Assembly (NCBI RefSeq): GCF_009914755.1
Contig: NC_060927.1
Length of the DNA: 64,000 nt
Source: the human T2T-CHM13v2.0 reference genome, Homo sapiens
Direction: 5' to 3' (one strand)
Positions 15,278-33,988 of the stretch are shown here, in pieces. Within the stretch, counting starts at the first letter, position 1. Each line of letters opens with the position of its first letter. The notes beneath the pieces are model-generated. The model was not told where the DNA came from. It saw only the letters and a list, made by a program, of their open reading frames with translations, and did no database searches. The position numbers and the translations under genes are program-made.

Positions 15278-16130
15278 ATGAATGAACAACATATTTCTCA
15301 AAAAGAATATAATATAGGTATATCTTCATCCAGCTGTCATTCACCATCAAGGATTTCATCACACAGTATCTCACAAGAAAAACCTAGACGATCCTGTTTT
15401 TATTAAAAGGTGGCATGGCAATATTCTTTCCTCTTTTATGATACCTAGGTACCAAAATTTACTTGATGCAATTGGTAAATGGAGATATGCTGAAGTCAGC
15501 TGGTGTGTACAAAGGTGAATGCAGGGGAAGAGATAATGCAGAAATGAAAAATATTCACCCAATTTATCATGTTAATTGGTGTTTATAAATCTAAAAATAT
15601 AAGTGTCTTGTAATTATGGAGCAAAGAAAATGGCTTCCTCTCTTCAACAAAATTATGAGCCATCAATTTTTTCAAAAGTATGATGTTTTGACAATGTAAG
15701 TGCAAACAAAATTAAAATAACCAGAAGTAATAAGTAGAACCCTATTAGAAATGTATCTGGAATCTGGACTTAATTTTTATAAGAGGGATATGTTCCAGCT
15801 TCATGCATGGCAGCTGTTGAACATTTAGTTGCATTCAAGGGACATTGCTCATTTGGGGTATGCACACCATCAAGAGCACAAAAATATAAAATCATTTGTT
15901 GTTTAGATTCATATAAATGTGTGAATAACAGCTTGGGATATAATTCATATACCATACAATTAAGTCAAAGTGTACAATTCAGTGGTTTATGATATATTCG
16001 GAGTTGAGCTATGTTTGAATTCTTGTTAAAACTTGTAAAACTGTTTTTTACTAAAATAAAACTACATACAAGATAAAACCATCAACTAACTTTTTTAAGA
16101 GAAGCAGAACTAGTAAAATTGAGTCATACA
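15278..16130 (+). mobile_element. Looper (piggyBac-family DNA transposon) relic, interrupted by a short antisense L1 3' fragment (~15920-16005)
   Basis: The peptide AAVEHLVAFKGHCSFGVCTPSRAQKY matches the piggyBac transposase motif TVDEQLVAFKGRCPFRVYIPSKPGKY. The DNA AATTGGTGTTTATAAATCTAAAAAT...TTATGGAGCAAAGAA...CTCTTCAACAAAATTATGAGC matches the recalled Looper consensus. Confidence 0.85.
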
Positions 16131-16449
16131 AAATTTAAAAGGAACAAGAAAAAATAAAATATGCAAATTTAAATTTCAGCGTGGTCATTGCAATTAAGTT
16201 TAAATATGTCACTGGTAAATTAAGATGAAAAGGAAACTGCAATCTGTTTTATTGTAGTCCTGGTTTGTTTTATGTTAAAAGAAAGACATACCTTGAAAAA
16301 TGCTTTACTTTCTAGGTGACAGGGAGCCACTGAAGAGTTTTTGAGCAGCAAAGCATCAGGAGTTTGTGGTAGACAGAATAATGTCCCCCCTCCCTCAAGA
16401 TGTTCACGTCCTAATTCCCAGAATCTTATGAATGTGTTGTCTTACCTGG

Positions 16450-16793
16450 TATCTTAGTCCATTCAGGCTGCTGTAACAATATATCATAATTTGAGTGGCT
16501 TATAAACAACAAACATTTATTTCTTACAGTTCTGGAGGCTGGGAAGTCCAAGATCAACGTGTCTGCAGAGGCCCTGATTCCTGGTCCTGGAACAAAGCCC
16601 TCTCTCTGTCCTCATATGGTGGAAGAGACTAGCTCTGCAGTCCCTTTCATAAGGGTACTCATCCCACTGATGAGGCCCCTGCCCTCATGACCGAATCACC
16701 TCCCAAAGACCCCACCTCTTAATACCACCACCTTGGGGGTTAGGATTTCAACATATGAATTTTGAGGGATCCACAAACATTCAGACCATAGCA
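16450..16793 (-). mobile_element. MLT1A0-like MaLR LTR
   Basis: TCTTAGTCCATTCAGGCTGCTGTAACA...CATTCAGACCATAGCA. 5-bp TSD CCTGG at 16445-16449 and 16794-16798. Confidence 0.85.
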
Positions 16794-17047
16794 CCTGGTA
16801 AAAGAGGCTTTGCAGTTGTGATTAAATCAAGGAGCCAAAAATGGGGAAGCTATCCCTGGTTAGCCACGTGGTCCCAATTTAATCCCATAGCTCCTTATAG
16901 GAAGAGGCAGGAGGATCAGTCAGGAAGAAGGCAATGTGACAAAGGAAGCAGAAGGAGAAAAGGCAAAGTGATGAGAGGCCACGTGCTAAGGAATGAAGAT
17001 AGCCTCTAGAACCTGAAAGGGGCAAAGAGATCGTGTCTCCCCTAGAG

Positions 17048-17568
17048 CAGGTGTCTCCAACCCCTGGGCCATGGACCAGTGCCTGTCTGTGGCTTGTTAG
17101 GAACCAGGCTGCACAGCAGGAAGTAAGTGGCCAGTGAGTTAGCAAAGCTTCATCTGTATTTACAGCCGCTCCCCATCACTCACATTACAGCCTGAGCTCC
17201 GCCTCCTGTCAGATGAGCAGCAGCATTAGATTCTCACAGAAGTGTGAATCCTATTGTGAACCGCACATGTGGGGGATCTAGGTTGCCGCTCCTTATGAGA
17301 ATCTAATGCCTAATGATTTGTTACTGTCTCCCATTGCCCCCAAATGGGACTAATTGCAGGAAGATAAGCTCAAGACTCTTACTGATTCTGCATTATGGTG
17401 AGTTGTATAATTATTTCATTATATATTACAACATAATAACAGAAATAAAGTGCACAATAAATGTAATGCACTTGAATTATCCCAAAACCATCCTTCCATT
17501 CCCCAGTCCATGAAAAAAATGTCTTTCACAAAACTACTCTCTGGTGCCAAAAATGTTGGGAACCACTG
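17048..17568. mobile_element. MER1A (hAT-Charlie non-autonomous DNA transposon)
   Basis: TIR-like ends CAGGTGTCTCCAAC / GTTGGGAACCACTG. Perfect 8-bp TSD CCCTAGAG at 17040-17047 and 17569-17576. Confidence 0.9.
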
Positions 17569-18934
17569 CCCTAGAGCATCCAGAAGGAACCAGCCCTGCC
17601 AATAATCCAGCACTATGAGATGATAAATTTGTGTAGTTTTGAGCAACTCAGTTTGTGATCATCTGTTACAACAGCAGTAGGAAATTAATACAGAATAACG
17701 GTGCTGACCCTGAACCCCAGTGAGCACAACAACAATCTGAGTATAAAACACATTTTCTTACAGGGATTCTATCCCAGTCACTTACAGAATCAAACTTGTC
17801 GAAACAGATAGAACCATGGAGTGGACGTTACCCAGCCCCTCAATTTTGCTTATGAAGGAAACTGAGCCACAGAGTGGCCAAGCAACTGCCCCAACTTAGA
17901 GAGTGTGAGTTCTCTGCCTTCCTATCCACACTCACCTCCCCAACTGGTCTGCTCCACACTTGCTTCTCAGCTCGCCAGGGACTGGCACCAGAATGGGGAG
18001 GCCACTCTTGAAGAATTTCATTAAGGCACGTTTGAAAGCTTGTCAAAACTTAGGAGAAAAGAAAGTCAAGTTCTTCTACGTGTGCATATTCCACAAATTT
18101 AATAAGAACCGAAGCACTTGAAGAACTGAGCTGGAATCTTTATTAACAAGACAGGGAACTGAAAATGAGGCTAAGGAAAAGGCAAAGCTATGAGATCAAA
18201 ATGATGGGACATCAGCTTTGTCACCAAAGCTGTGGGCAAGAGGCAGGAATTTGAGAAGAGAGAAGATGCCACCCCTTTGACTGCTGCAAAGCTAGTTAGG
18301 CTTTCAAGTGTTGAATGGCCAAGAGATGCCTGGATGAAAAAGCCCATCATTAACTTGTATGACTCCCTCCAGACTCCAGAATTTCACAGCCAGACTTCTT
18401 CTGGATTTAAATCCCAAGAAAGTGTACCCACCATGCCAGGGCTATTTGTTTTATTTTTATAGAGATAAAAGATTTAATAAATATTGCTTTTCTGATGGTC
18501 ATAGACATGTAGGTTTCCAAGTGAAACTCTCATCCACGTCCCCCTGGGCCAAAATATCGGAAGGGATTATTGTTTTGCTGATGCATTCCTGTTTTATTCT
18601 GTCTTTGTCTAACTGGCCATCATAGCTTTGAACTAGCTCTAGAATCCCTGTGAATTTTGCTACAGCCTTTGGGGGAAATATATAGGTCCAGGTTAAGAAC
18701 CACCCAAATCTCTTTTCCACCAGATGGCTCTTCAGTGGCTAACATAAAAAGCTGGGATTAAGTAGCTTCTCAGTTCTTAAAGCATTTCCACACACAGCAC
18801 AAATTGCAGTGGTGCTTTTGCTTTTCTTACTACAAATATCTGTTGACACAACATGAATGTCACCCAGAAAGGCATTTTTACCTACTACACATCTATCGTG
18901 GCAATTCATTTAGGTCTTATCACCATAATCTGGC

Positions 18935-19135
18935 TCAAGGGTTAGTGAACCTTTTCTTAAAAGACCGAACAGTAAATATTTTAGGCTTTAGAGGCCAAAC
19001 TGCAAAATCAAGGCTGTTATATTGGTACAATCATTTTAAAAATGACCACTTAAAAATGTCAAGATTATTCTCAGCTCATGTGCCCTACAAAAAGATACAG
19101 TGGGCCAGATTTGATCAAAGTTTACCAACCTCTGA
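18935..19135. mobile_element. MER58-like hAT MITE
   Basis: CAGTAAATATTTTAGGCTTT...GTGGGCCAGATTTG...TTTACCAACCTCTG. Confidence 0.6.
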
Positions 19136-21095
19136 TCAAGATAATTAAGAAAGCCTATTTATAGGTGGAAAAAAATCCATTAATTTGAATTTTGAACTTG
19201 TCCCCTAATCATTCAAATAATTTACACAAAATTCGATGTATTTTTTTTTCCAGAATCCAGCAATCTACAGTGTGGTACAAGATGCAAGCCAGCCACTCGT
19301 ATCTTCAGATTTTTCTTCCAAGTAAATGCAGCAAAGCAATATTAATACACATCGATGTTCACAAAGTTTTTCAAAATAACAAAATGGAGGTTACATTAAA
19401 TTTTTACTCTGTTACAAAATAATAATGGTGGTATTAAGCAATAGGAAAAACTATTCCAATTGATATCACCAGTTAGCTAACTTTCATATGCAGTTTTGCC
19501 ATCTCTAATTGACATTTTATAAATGGTATCTTTTTCTAAGTGTTCCATTTTGATTCATACCAATCTGTTGGCATTACACACAAACTGGAAGAAAATATGG
19601 AGCATTCTAATTCAAGTATCCTAATTTACATGCTAAATCAGAAGGTCAAAATCAATCTGTCATCTTTAGAACCTTGATCATAGGCCCAGAAATAAAAGGT
19701 AGCATGTTGATTTCTTTAGGGGAAGGGGGGTTGGCAGGAAGGATAATTGTTAAAAAAAAAAAAAGTACCAAGTTTCAACATGAGTTTAGAACACCAAAAT
19801 TTAGTGCACTAGAAGATAAATACTATAAGAAGTGCTTTGGTATGGTGAGTATGGCTTTGTTGAAGTTGAAAATTGTTCTTCATTCTCTGATAGTAGTTGA
19901 GCGGCAGATGGCCTGAAGTTATCATAAATATGTAAGCCCTAGAAGTACTCTGCTTTGAAGAGCAGCCAAAACACAATAGTGCTGAACAACACAGAGCACA
20001 CAGAGAACTGTCTGACACATATAGAGAAATGAGAATCTTTCCACCGCACAGTAACATTTCTAAGCATAGAACATCCGAGAAATCACCTTAGCTTCTCCAT
20101 GTAGAATTAATGCATATAGCAACCCTGTTTTTTAAAGGTTACGTGGTTAGGAAGTTGGCCTTTCAATTAAATTACCACATTTTCACAATATAGAACTTGA
20201 AGTGGAGCTTTGATTGCTTTCTTCTTTGGCAATTTGCTGTCAAAATCCAAGCTTACAGGGATGCTGAGCTGTACAATCCAAGAGAGAACTCTCAGAAGAC
20301 GGTTTGTTCTAGCTTTTTTTCCCTTGTTCCCTTCTTCCTAATTCAGTACCTGAAATGCCATCCAAAATGATCTCTACTGAAAATGTCCTTCGTTGCCAAA
20401 TTACAAACGTAGCTCATTTTCTATCCACTGCAGCCAGTTATAATATTTTGTAGTTACCAGGCTTCAGTAAATAAATACATGTGAGAGCCATCTATCTATT
20501 TGTTAATGCTTATTATGTTCTGTGCTAGATAATGAGAAATAAATAGATGAATAATTTAAAGAGAACAATTCCTCTTTCTTTGTGTTTCTACAGAATGGGT
20601 TTGAAACTGCTGCCTGGTTCCACTTGCTCCTTCAAATGGGAAGAGGGAGATTTGATTTGATTGGTGAAATGACAAGAGTCCGACATCCACTGGTCCTTAA
20701 TTCTGTCCTGGGCAAGGCTGATTTATTCCCAGTTGCTGTGTTTATGTGGCCTTGCTTTGTTCAAGGGACATGATGAAAGCCATGATCAGACATGATCATT
20801 CATAGGGGCCTGTTTTGCCATGTGTAAGTCCCAAGGAGAAAACTCAAGGCAGGGAGGGAAGTACTAAGAAGTCCATCTAGGCTCAAGGGTTGATTCTCGT
20901 TCTCTAACCCAGTTTAACCAGTGGTGAAACTGAAGTTTTGATTCCTCTCTGACCCTGTGTTTGTTTTTCAATAGCTTCAGTAAGTGGGAAAAAAAAAAAA
21001 CAGGGATGTGACTCATTGTCTTCCTAAAGCCCTACCAAATAAGATTTCTGCCCTCAAGAGGCTCAGGGCCTTTAAGGGTCTCTACATCTCTGATT

Positions 21096-21390
21096 CTTTT
21101 TTTTTTTTTTTTTTTTTTTTTTTGTGAGACAGAGTCTTGCTCTGTCACCTAGGCTGGAGGGCAGTGGTGTGATCTCCGCTCACGGCAACCTCCACCTCCC
21201 AGGTTCAAGTGATTCTCTTGCCTGGGATTATAGGCATGTGCCACCACACCTGGCTAATTTTTGTATTTTTAGTAGAGATGGGGTTTCTCCATGTTGGCTA
21301 GGCTGGTCTCGAACTCCTGACCTCAGGTGATCCACCTGCCTCAGCCTCCCAAAGTGCTAGGATTATAGGTGTGAGCCATCATGCCCAGTC
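21096..21390 (-). mobile_element. AluSx-type with a small internal deletion
   Basis: Poly(T) and CTCCTGACCTCAGGTGATCC. The CAGCCTCCCGAGTAGCT segment is missing at ~21222. Confidence 0.9.
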
Positions 21391-21483
21391 TATTTTTCAA
21401 ACTTTATATAATTAAACCATAGTAAGAAACAAGGTGTAACCCACTGCTCCACGAAACATCATGAATTCAATTCAACCCCTTAA

Positions 21484-23266
<1,783 letters not shown>

Positions 23267-23884
23267 AATTTTTTTTAAAAAGTACAAAACCAGAGAAGAA
23301 AAAAATAAAAATAAAAAAATAAATTATCAGAAAATAACTCAAAAACAACAATTTGAGTACAAAAGGTGGGTCTTGAATTTGTGTGACTTTAAGTACCTGA
23401 CAACATTGTGAACACTGTAAAAAGCAATATGCCAAGGACTTGGGCAGTATTTCATTTTATAGTTTATGCCTCAGTAGTCAGGAAACAGAAAAAAAAATAA
23501 TACTTTCCCCGAAGTCTGTGACATGGCATTTTCTTGTTAAGTAAGGAGAAAAAATAGTTTTCCTCAAATTTACTAGTAGATAGAAGAAGAGACAGTCTTT
23601 TAGCAGTTTCCACACATTCTAATTGCCTGCTTTAAAAACTGTCAAAAGCAACAAACAAGAAAAATGTTTTAATTCAAATGACATTTCTGAGGAAGTACAA
23701 GTAAGCCCAAGCCATTTAGTTTATCATTCTATGTTACATATTTATGTCATATATTATATACTCTATTAAGCCTTTTGTAATAAAAGTTTTTACCCTAACT
23801 CTTTTACATACAAGAGTTGGCCAAGAGTATATAAGATAGCAATGATACACAAATATCACCAACATTCATTCAATAGTTGTTTAC

Positions 23885-24240
23885 TGTTATGGACTAAATC
23901 TTTACATCCCCCACAATTCATATGTTGAAACCCTAGCCCCTGCAATATGATGGTGGTAGAAGGTAGGACTTCTGGGAGGTAATTAGAATTAGATGAGGTC
24001 ATGAGGATAGAGTCCTCATGAATGCAATCAGTGCCCTTATAGGAGTCATGATTGAACTTGCTTTCCCTTCTCTACTCTCTACCATGAGAAAAAAACAAGA
24101 AGTCTGCAGTCTGCCACCTAAAATCTGACCATGCTAGAACCTAATCTTGGCTTCCAGGCTCCAGAACTGTGAGAAATGAATTTCTGTCAAGCCACTCGGT
24201 ATATGGTATTCTGTTACAGCAGCCTGAAAGGACTAAGGCA
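23885..24240 (+). mobile_element. MLT1A-like MaLR LTR inserted into an antisense L2 3' end
   Basis: TGTTATGGACTAAATC...TGTTACAGCAGCCTGAAAGGACTAAGGCA. 5-bp TSD TTTAC. Confidence 0.85.
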
Positions 24241-26039
24241 TTTACTGAGTGCTAACATGTACCAGAAACTAGTCTAGGAGCTGGAAATAGGAGAATGAAC
24301 CAAATGAAGTCCTGCCAATGCACTTCTACTTTGCTGATGAACATGAATAACTAAGCATATCAGACATGTCCAGCATGAAGCATGCTAACTCCTTTTCTCT
24401 GCAATCCTGCCCCTTGTTTGCCTCAGCTGATCGGTCTAGGGCAGCTAATCCACAGGCTGGCTAGTGACTTGAATCATGTGCCTGAAATTTCAAAAACAAA
24501 ATCAAAACAAAACCTCACCATGTTGGGTTTATCCTCTTCCAGTGCTTAGAATTTGAACAAAGATTATCAAAAGACAAAGGCAATTAGCAATAGAAGCTGA
24601 AGCTGATAGTTCATGTCTGTCTATCTCTAGGGAGGACAGTGAGGCCTTGTTAAGGCATAGGCAAGCTGATATTACCACGCAGCGGAAGCAATGATGAAGA
24701 ACAATAATTCCCAAATCCAAGCCAGACTGGCCACAAGTAGACATTTTTGAAACATGGGGCATTGTAGCTTGTCACAAGAATTGGGTAGACAATGACATTT
24801 GATATCTTACAATGCTCCTGGAGTCCTGCAAAATGAAGAATCATCCCAAAATCTTCACTACTCTTAATGATCTGCAGGGCATTCACATAGGCAAAAACAC
24901 ACTTGTAATTATAAGAGCTTAGATCCTGACTTGACTTTGCACCTGAATACAAAGTATGTTTATATAGTGTTAGAAATCACTGTCTATTAAAGTTAGGAGT
25001 GCCATTATGTCAATCCAGAGAGTTGTTTTGTTCAGAGCTTTATCAAGAGACACTCACCATTTCATGTAGCTGCATCACCTACATAAGATTGCTTTGTATT
25101 AAGTTCACCAACCTAACACACCTTTGCTGAGCTGCATTTGAAGCTGTGTCATTCACAAAGATTTGACATATAATTGCAAGTATCTGGTAACAACAATATG
25201 TCCTCTGGTGTTGTCATGCCAGAGCATCTACATATTGAGCTACAGATTATTGTATGTGTCTTCTTTTGTGTCTCCCTTATAATACAGTAGAGCATTATAT
25301 TGGAAGGGTGTTTAACGTATGTATATAGATTATATTATGTGTAAAATTTAGCACAGAACAGTAAAGGAAGTGCTACAAAATGTTTATTAGAAAAAAATGG
25401 GGTGGGGTTTGATGAAGTTGAAAATCACTAAGATAGAAAAGAAAAGAAAGGGGTTAAGTTACTAGTCAGAGTAGAGAGGAAGGAACACACAGGAAAGCAG
25501 AGTCTCACAAGACAGAATTGTTCACATACATGAGCAAGCCCCTAAAAATGACCCTTCCACTGGCAGTTTCCAGCTGGTCCTGGGCCCTCAACCGTCCCAC
25601 CTGAGTCCAGCAATTGAAAGCATCCTTTGTCTCCTGTCTCATGACCTCTCTAATCCATCCTTCTATCATAACAGTTGTCCTAGAATGAAGCAGTACTAAT
25701 GTCTTCATCTTATGCAAAAGCTTTCCAAATTTCCAAATTATCTTCAAGTGTTGACTATCTAGACCCAACCTACCTTAAAAAAATAATCTACTGCCTTCTT
25801 AAACCCTCTGAATGAGCCACCATAGCCTACTTTTTTTCCTAATATGTTATGAGCAGTCCCAAATTCTATCTTCATACCTTTGACTTCTCTGATTTCCCCA
25901 TGACAAATTCCATTCTTATCTCTAATACTCTAAACTCTAGACTTTCCTTTATGGTTCAGTTCAATTTCCACAAACACACACCCTTAGTGAGCATTTCTTC
26001 CTCTAAAAACCTAGAGATAACAATTAAGTGTGGCACAGC

Positions 26040-26405
26040 AGTCAGAATAGGTTAAGTTACACTGCAATAACAAAAAAGCCCAAAATATCAATGGCTCACA
26101 ACAAGGGTTTACTTCTGACTTAATGTCAAATGTCTACTGAAAATGAGCCATGTTTCTGGCTCCATGTCATCCTCATTCTAGTACACAAATCAAGGGAGTA
26201 GGCTTTACCTGGAACATTGCTGCTTATCATGATAGTAGGAAAAGAACATAGAAACCCCCACTAACTTTACACTTTTGTCTAGGAGGTACACATGTCACTT
26301 CCACTCAGATTTCATTTGTTAAAGCAACTCACATGATCAAACATGTCAATGAGGCAGAGAAGGGAGGAGCAACAAATATTTTCAAATAAAATTAAAATCT
26401 GTAAT
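26040..26405 (-). mobile_element. Old MaLR LTR (MLT1I/J-like)
   Basis: GTCAGAATAGGTTAAGTTACACTGCAATAACAAA...AATATCAATGGCT. Confidence 0.55.
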
Positions 26406-28514
26406 AATCAAATCAACTTCATAGTTAACAACTGCTTTCAAGGAATGCCCTTATACCCTAGAACACAGTGCAAGTTTCATGGTTAGCAACAATCCATTTA
26501 CAGGTATTCTACTCAAATATGATGATAGAAGTGAGCTTACACATTTTAAAGTACAGATCAAAACAATGAAAGCACAGAATGAATCAAAATAAATGTTTCA
26601 TTGAAGCCACCAGTTTTTAAATTTGGTTTACCAGTGCAATGAAATTCCAGTATAACAAAATAACTTGAACATTAAAGTTCACTATAACAGTATGGGAATA
26701 GTTACTTGTCTAGAAATATAATTGGTTGCCAATATGATTTGTTTGTGATTTTTTTTAGTTTTGAAATATGCAAATTTTAAATAGTGAAATCTAAAATATT
26801 ATTAATGTCTCCACTATGTTGATTTTTTTTTTTTTTTTGCTGTGCAGAAGTTCTCTAGTTTGATGTAATCTCCTTTTTCTATTTTTGCTTTTGTTGCCAG
26901 TGCTCTGGGATCACAGCCAAAAAAAATTATTGCCCAGATCAGTGTCATAAAGCTTTTCCCCGTTTTTTCTTCTAGCAGTTTTATGGTTTCATAGTCTTAT
27001 CTTTAACTGCATTTTGAGTTGATTTTTGTACATGGTGTGAGACGAGAATCTAATTTCATCCTTCTGCATGTGGATACCCAGTTCTCCCAGCACCATTTAT
27101 TGAGAGATTGCCCTTTCCCCACTGTGTGTTGGCATTGTGTTTTGGCACCTTTGTCAAAAATCATTGGTCCGTAAATGTGTGGATTTATTTCTGGGCACTT
27201 TATTCTGTCCCCTTGGTCTATGTATCTGTTTTTACGCCAGTACCAGGTTGTTTAATTACTTGCTTGTAGCAGATTTTCAAATCGGGTAACAGATTTTCTA
27301 ATCATGATGCCTCTGGCTTTGTTCTTTTTGTTCAAGATTGCTTTGACTATTCAGGGTCTTTTGTGGTTCCACATGAATTTTAGAATTCTTTTTTCCTACC
27401 TCTATAAAAAATGTGATTGGAATTTGATAAGGAATGCATGGAATCTGTACATTGCTTTGGGTAATGTGGACATTTAAACAATAGTAATTCTGGAGCTGTT
27501 CCTATTCGGCCATCTTGGCTCCAGTCTACAGCTCCCAGCATGAGAGACGCAGAAGATGGGTGATTTCTGCATTTCCAACTGAGGTAATGGGTTCATCTCA
27601 CTGGGGAGTGTCGGACAGTGGGTGCAAGACAGTGGATGCAGCGCACCAAGCATGAGCCGAAGCAGGGCAAGACATCACCTCACCTGGGAAGCACAAGGCA
27701 TCAGGGAATTCCCTTTCCTAGTCAAAGAAAGGGGTGACAGACGGCATCTGGAAAATCGGGTCACTCCCACCCTAATACTGCACTTTTCCAACGGTCTTAG
27801 CAAACAGCAGACCAGAAGATTATATCCTGCGCCTGGCTCTGAGGGTCCTATGCCCACAGAGCCTCACTCATTGCTAGCACAGCAGTCTGAGATCAAACTG
27901 CAAGGTGGCAGTGAGGCTGGGGGAGGGGCGCCCACCATTGCCGAGGCTTGAGTAGGTAAACAAAGCAGCCAGGAAGCTCGAACTGGGTGGAGCCCACCGC
28001 AGCTCAAGGAGGACTGTCTGCCTCTGCAGACTCCACCTCTGGGGGCAGGGCATAGCCAAACAAAAGGCAGCAGAAAACTCTGCAGACTTAAATGTCCCTG
28101 TCTCACAGCTTTGAAGAGAGTAGTGGTTCTCCCAGCACACAGCTGGATATCTGAGAACGGACAGACTGCAACCTCAAGTGGGTCCCTAATCCCCGAGTAG
28201 CCTAACTGGGAGGCAACCCCCAGTAGGGGCAGTCTGACACCTCACACGGCCAGGTACTCCTCTGAGACAAACCTTCCAGAGGAACAATCAGGCTGCAACA
28301 TTTGCTGTTCACCAATATCCACTGTTCTGCAGCCTCCGCTGCTGATACCCAGGCAAACAGGGTCTGGAGTGGACCTCCAGCAAACTCCAACAGACCTGCA
28401 GCTGAGGGTCCTGACTGTTAGAAGGAAAACTAACAAACAGAAAGGACATCCACACCAAAACCCCATCTGTCGGTCACCATCATCAAAGACCAAAGGGTAG
28501 ATAATACCACAAAG

Positions 28515-29532
28515 ATGGGGAAAAAACAGAGCAGAAAAACTGGAAACTCTAAAAATCAGAGTGCCTCTCCTCCTCCAAAGGAACGCAGCTCCTCACCAGC
28601 AATGGAACAAAGCTGGACAGAGAATGACTTTGACAAGCTGAGACAAGAAGGCTTCAGATGATCAAACTACTCCAAGCTAAAGGAGTAAGTTCGAACCCAT
28701 GGCAAAGAAGTTAAAAACCTTGAAAACAAAATTAGACGAATGGATAACTAGAATAACCAATGCAGAGAAGTCCTTAAAGGACCTGATGGAGCTGAAAACC
28801 ATGGCACGAGAACTACATGATGAATGCACAAGCCTTAGTAGCCAATTCAATCAACTGGAAGAAAGGGTATCAGTGATGGAAGATCAAAAGAATGAAATGA
28901 AGCGAGAAGAGAAGTTTAGAGAAAAAAGAATAAAAAGAAATGAACAAAGCCTCCAAGAAATATGGGACTATGTGAAAAGACCAAATCTATGTCTGATTGG
29001 TGTATCTGAAAGTGACGGGGAGAATGGAACCAAGTTGGAAAACATTCTGCAGGATATTACACAGGAGAACTTTCCCAATCTACCAAGGCAGGCCAACATT
29101 CAAATTCAGGAAATACAGAGAACACCACAAAGATACTCCTTGAGAAGAGCAACTCCAAGACACATAATTGTCAGATTCACCAAAGTTGAAATGAAGGAAA
29201 AAATGTTAAGGGCAGCCAGAGAGAAAGGTCGGGTTACCCACAAAGGGAAGCCCATCAGACTAACAGCGGATCTCTCAGCAGAAACTCTACAAGCCAGAAG
29301 AGAGTGGGGGCCAATATTCAACATTCTTAAAGAAAAGAATTTTCAACCCAGAATTTCATATCCAGCCAAACTAAGCTTCATAAGTGAAGAAGAAATGAAA
29401 TCCTTTACAGATAAGCAAATGCTGAGAGATTCTGTCACCACCAGGCCTGTGCTAAAAGAGCTCCTGAAAGAAGCACTAAACATGGAAAGGGACAACAGGT
29501 ACCAGCCACTGCAAAAACATGCCAACTTGTAA
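28515..29532 (+). pseudogene. L1 ORF1p, disrupted (premature stops near 28658 and 28686)
   Basis: Start ATGGGGAAAAAACAGAGC. The C-terminal 277-aa frame ends ...EALNMERDNRYQPLQKHANL. Confidence 0.9.
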
Positions 29533-29595
29533 AGACCATTGAGGCAAGGAAGAAACTGCATCAACTAACGAGCAAAATAACCAGCTAACATCAAA

Positions 29596-33410
<3,815 letters not shown>

Positions 33411-33988
33411 CAATGAGAACACATGGACACAGGAAGGGGAACATCACACACCGGGGCCTGTTGTGGAGTGGGGGGAGGGAGGAAGGATAGCATTAGGAGA
33501 TATACCTAATGTTAAGTGACGAGTTAATGGGTGCAGCACACCAACATGGCACATGTATACATATGTAACAAACCTGCACGTTGTGCACATGTACCCTAAA
33601 ACTTAATGTATAATTAAAAAAAAATAGTAATTCTTCCAATCCATGAGCATGGGATATCTTTCCATTTATTTGCCACTTCTTCAAATTCTTTCATCAGTGT
33701 TTTGTAGTTTCCAGTTGAAAAATCGTTTATGTACTTGAGTAAATTTATCCTTATATATTTTTTGTAGCTACTATAAATGGGATTGTTTTCTTGATTTCTT
33801 TTCCGATGTGTTGCTACTGTACAGAAATGCTGATTTTTGTATGTTGATTTTGATTATGCAACTTTACTGAATTCATTTATTAGTTCTAATAGTTTTTATG
33901 GAATCCTCAGGGTTTTTCATATATAATATCATGTGATCTGCCAACAGAGACCATTTAACTTCTTCCTTTCTGACTTGGGTACCTTTTA

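Larger units (their letters stand above)
16366..17692 (+). mobile_element. MLT1D-like MaLR LTR hosting two nested insertions
   Basis: Begins TGTGGTAGACAGAATAATG and ends GTTACAACAGCAGTAGGAAATTAATACA. Confidence 0.8.

Noticed and set aside
24650-24952. 100-aa minus-strand ORF in unique DNA preceded by an acceptor-like site
   Set aside because: No recognisable protein family and no ATG start. The length is compatible with chance, so it is not called as a CDS.
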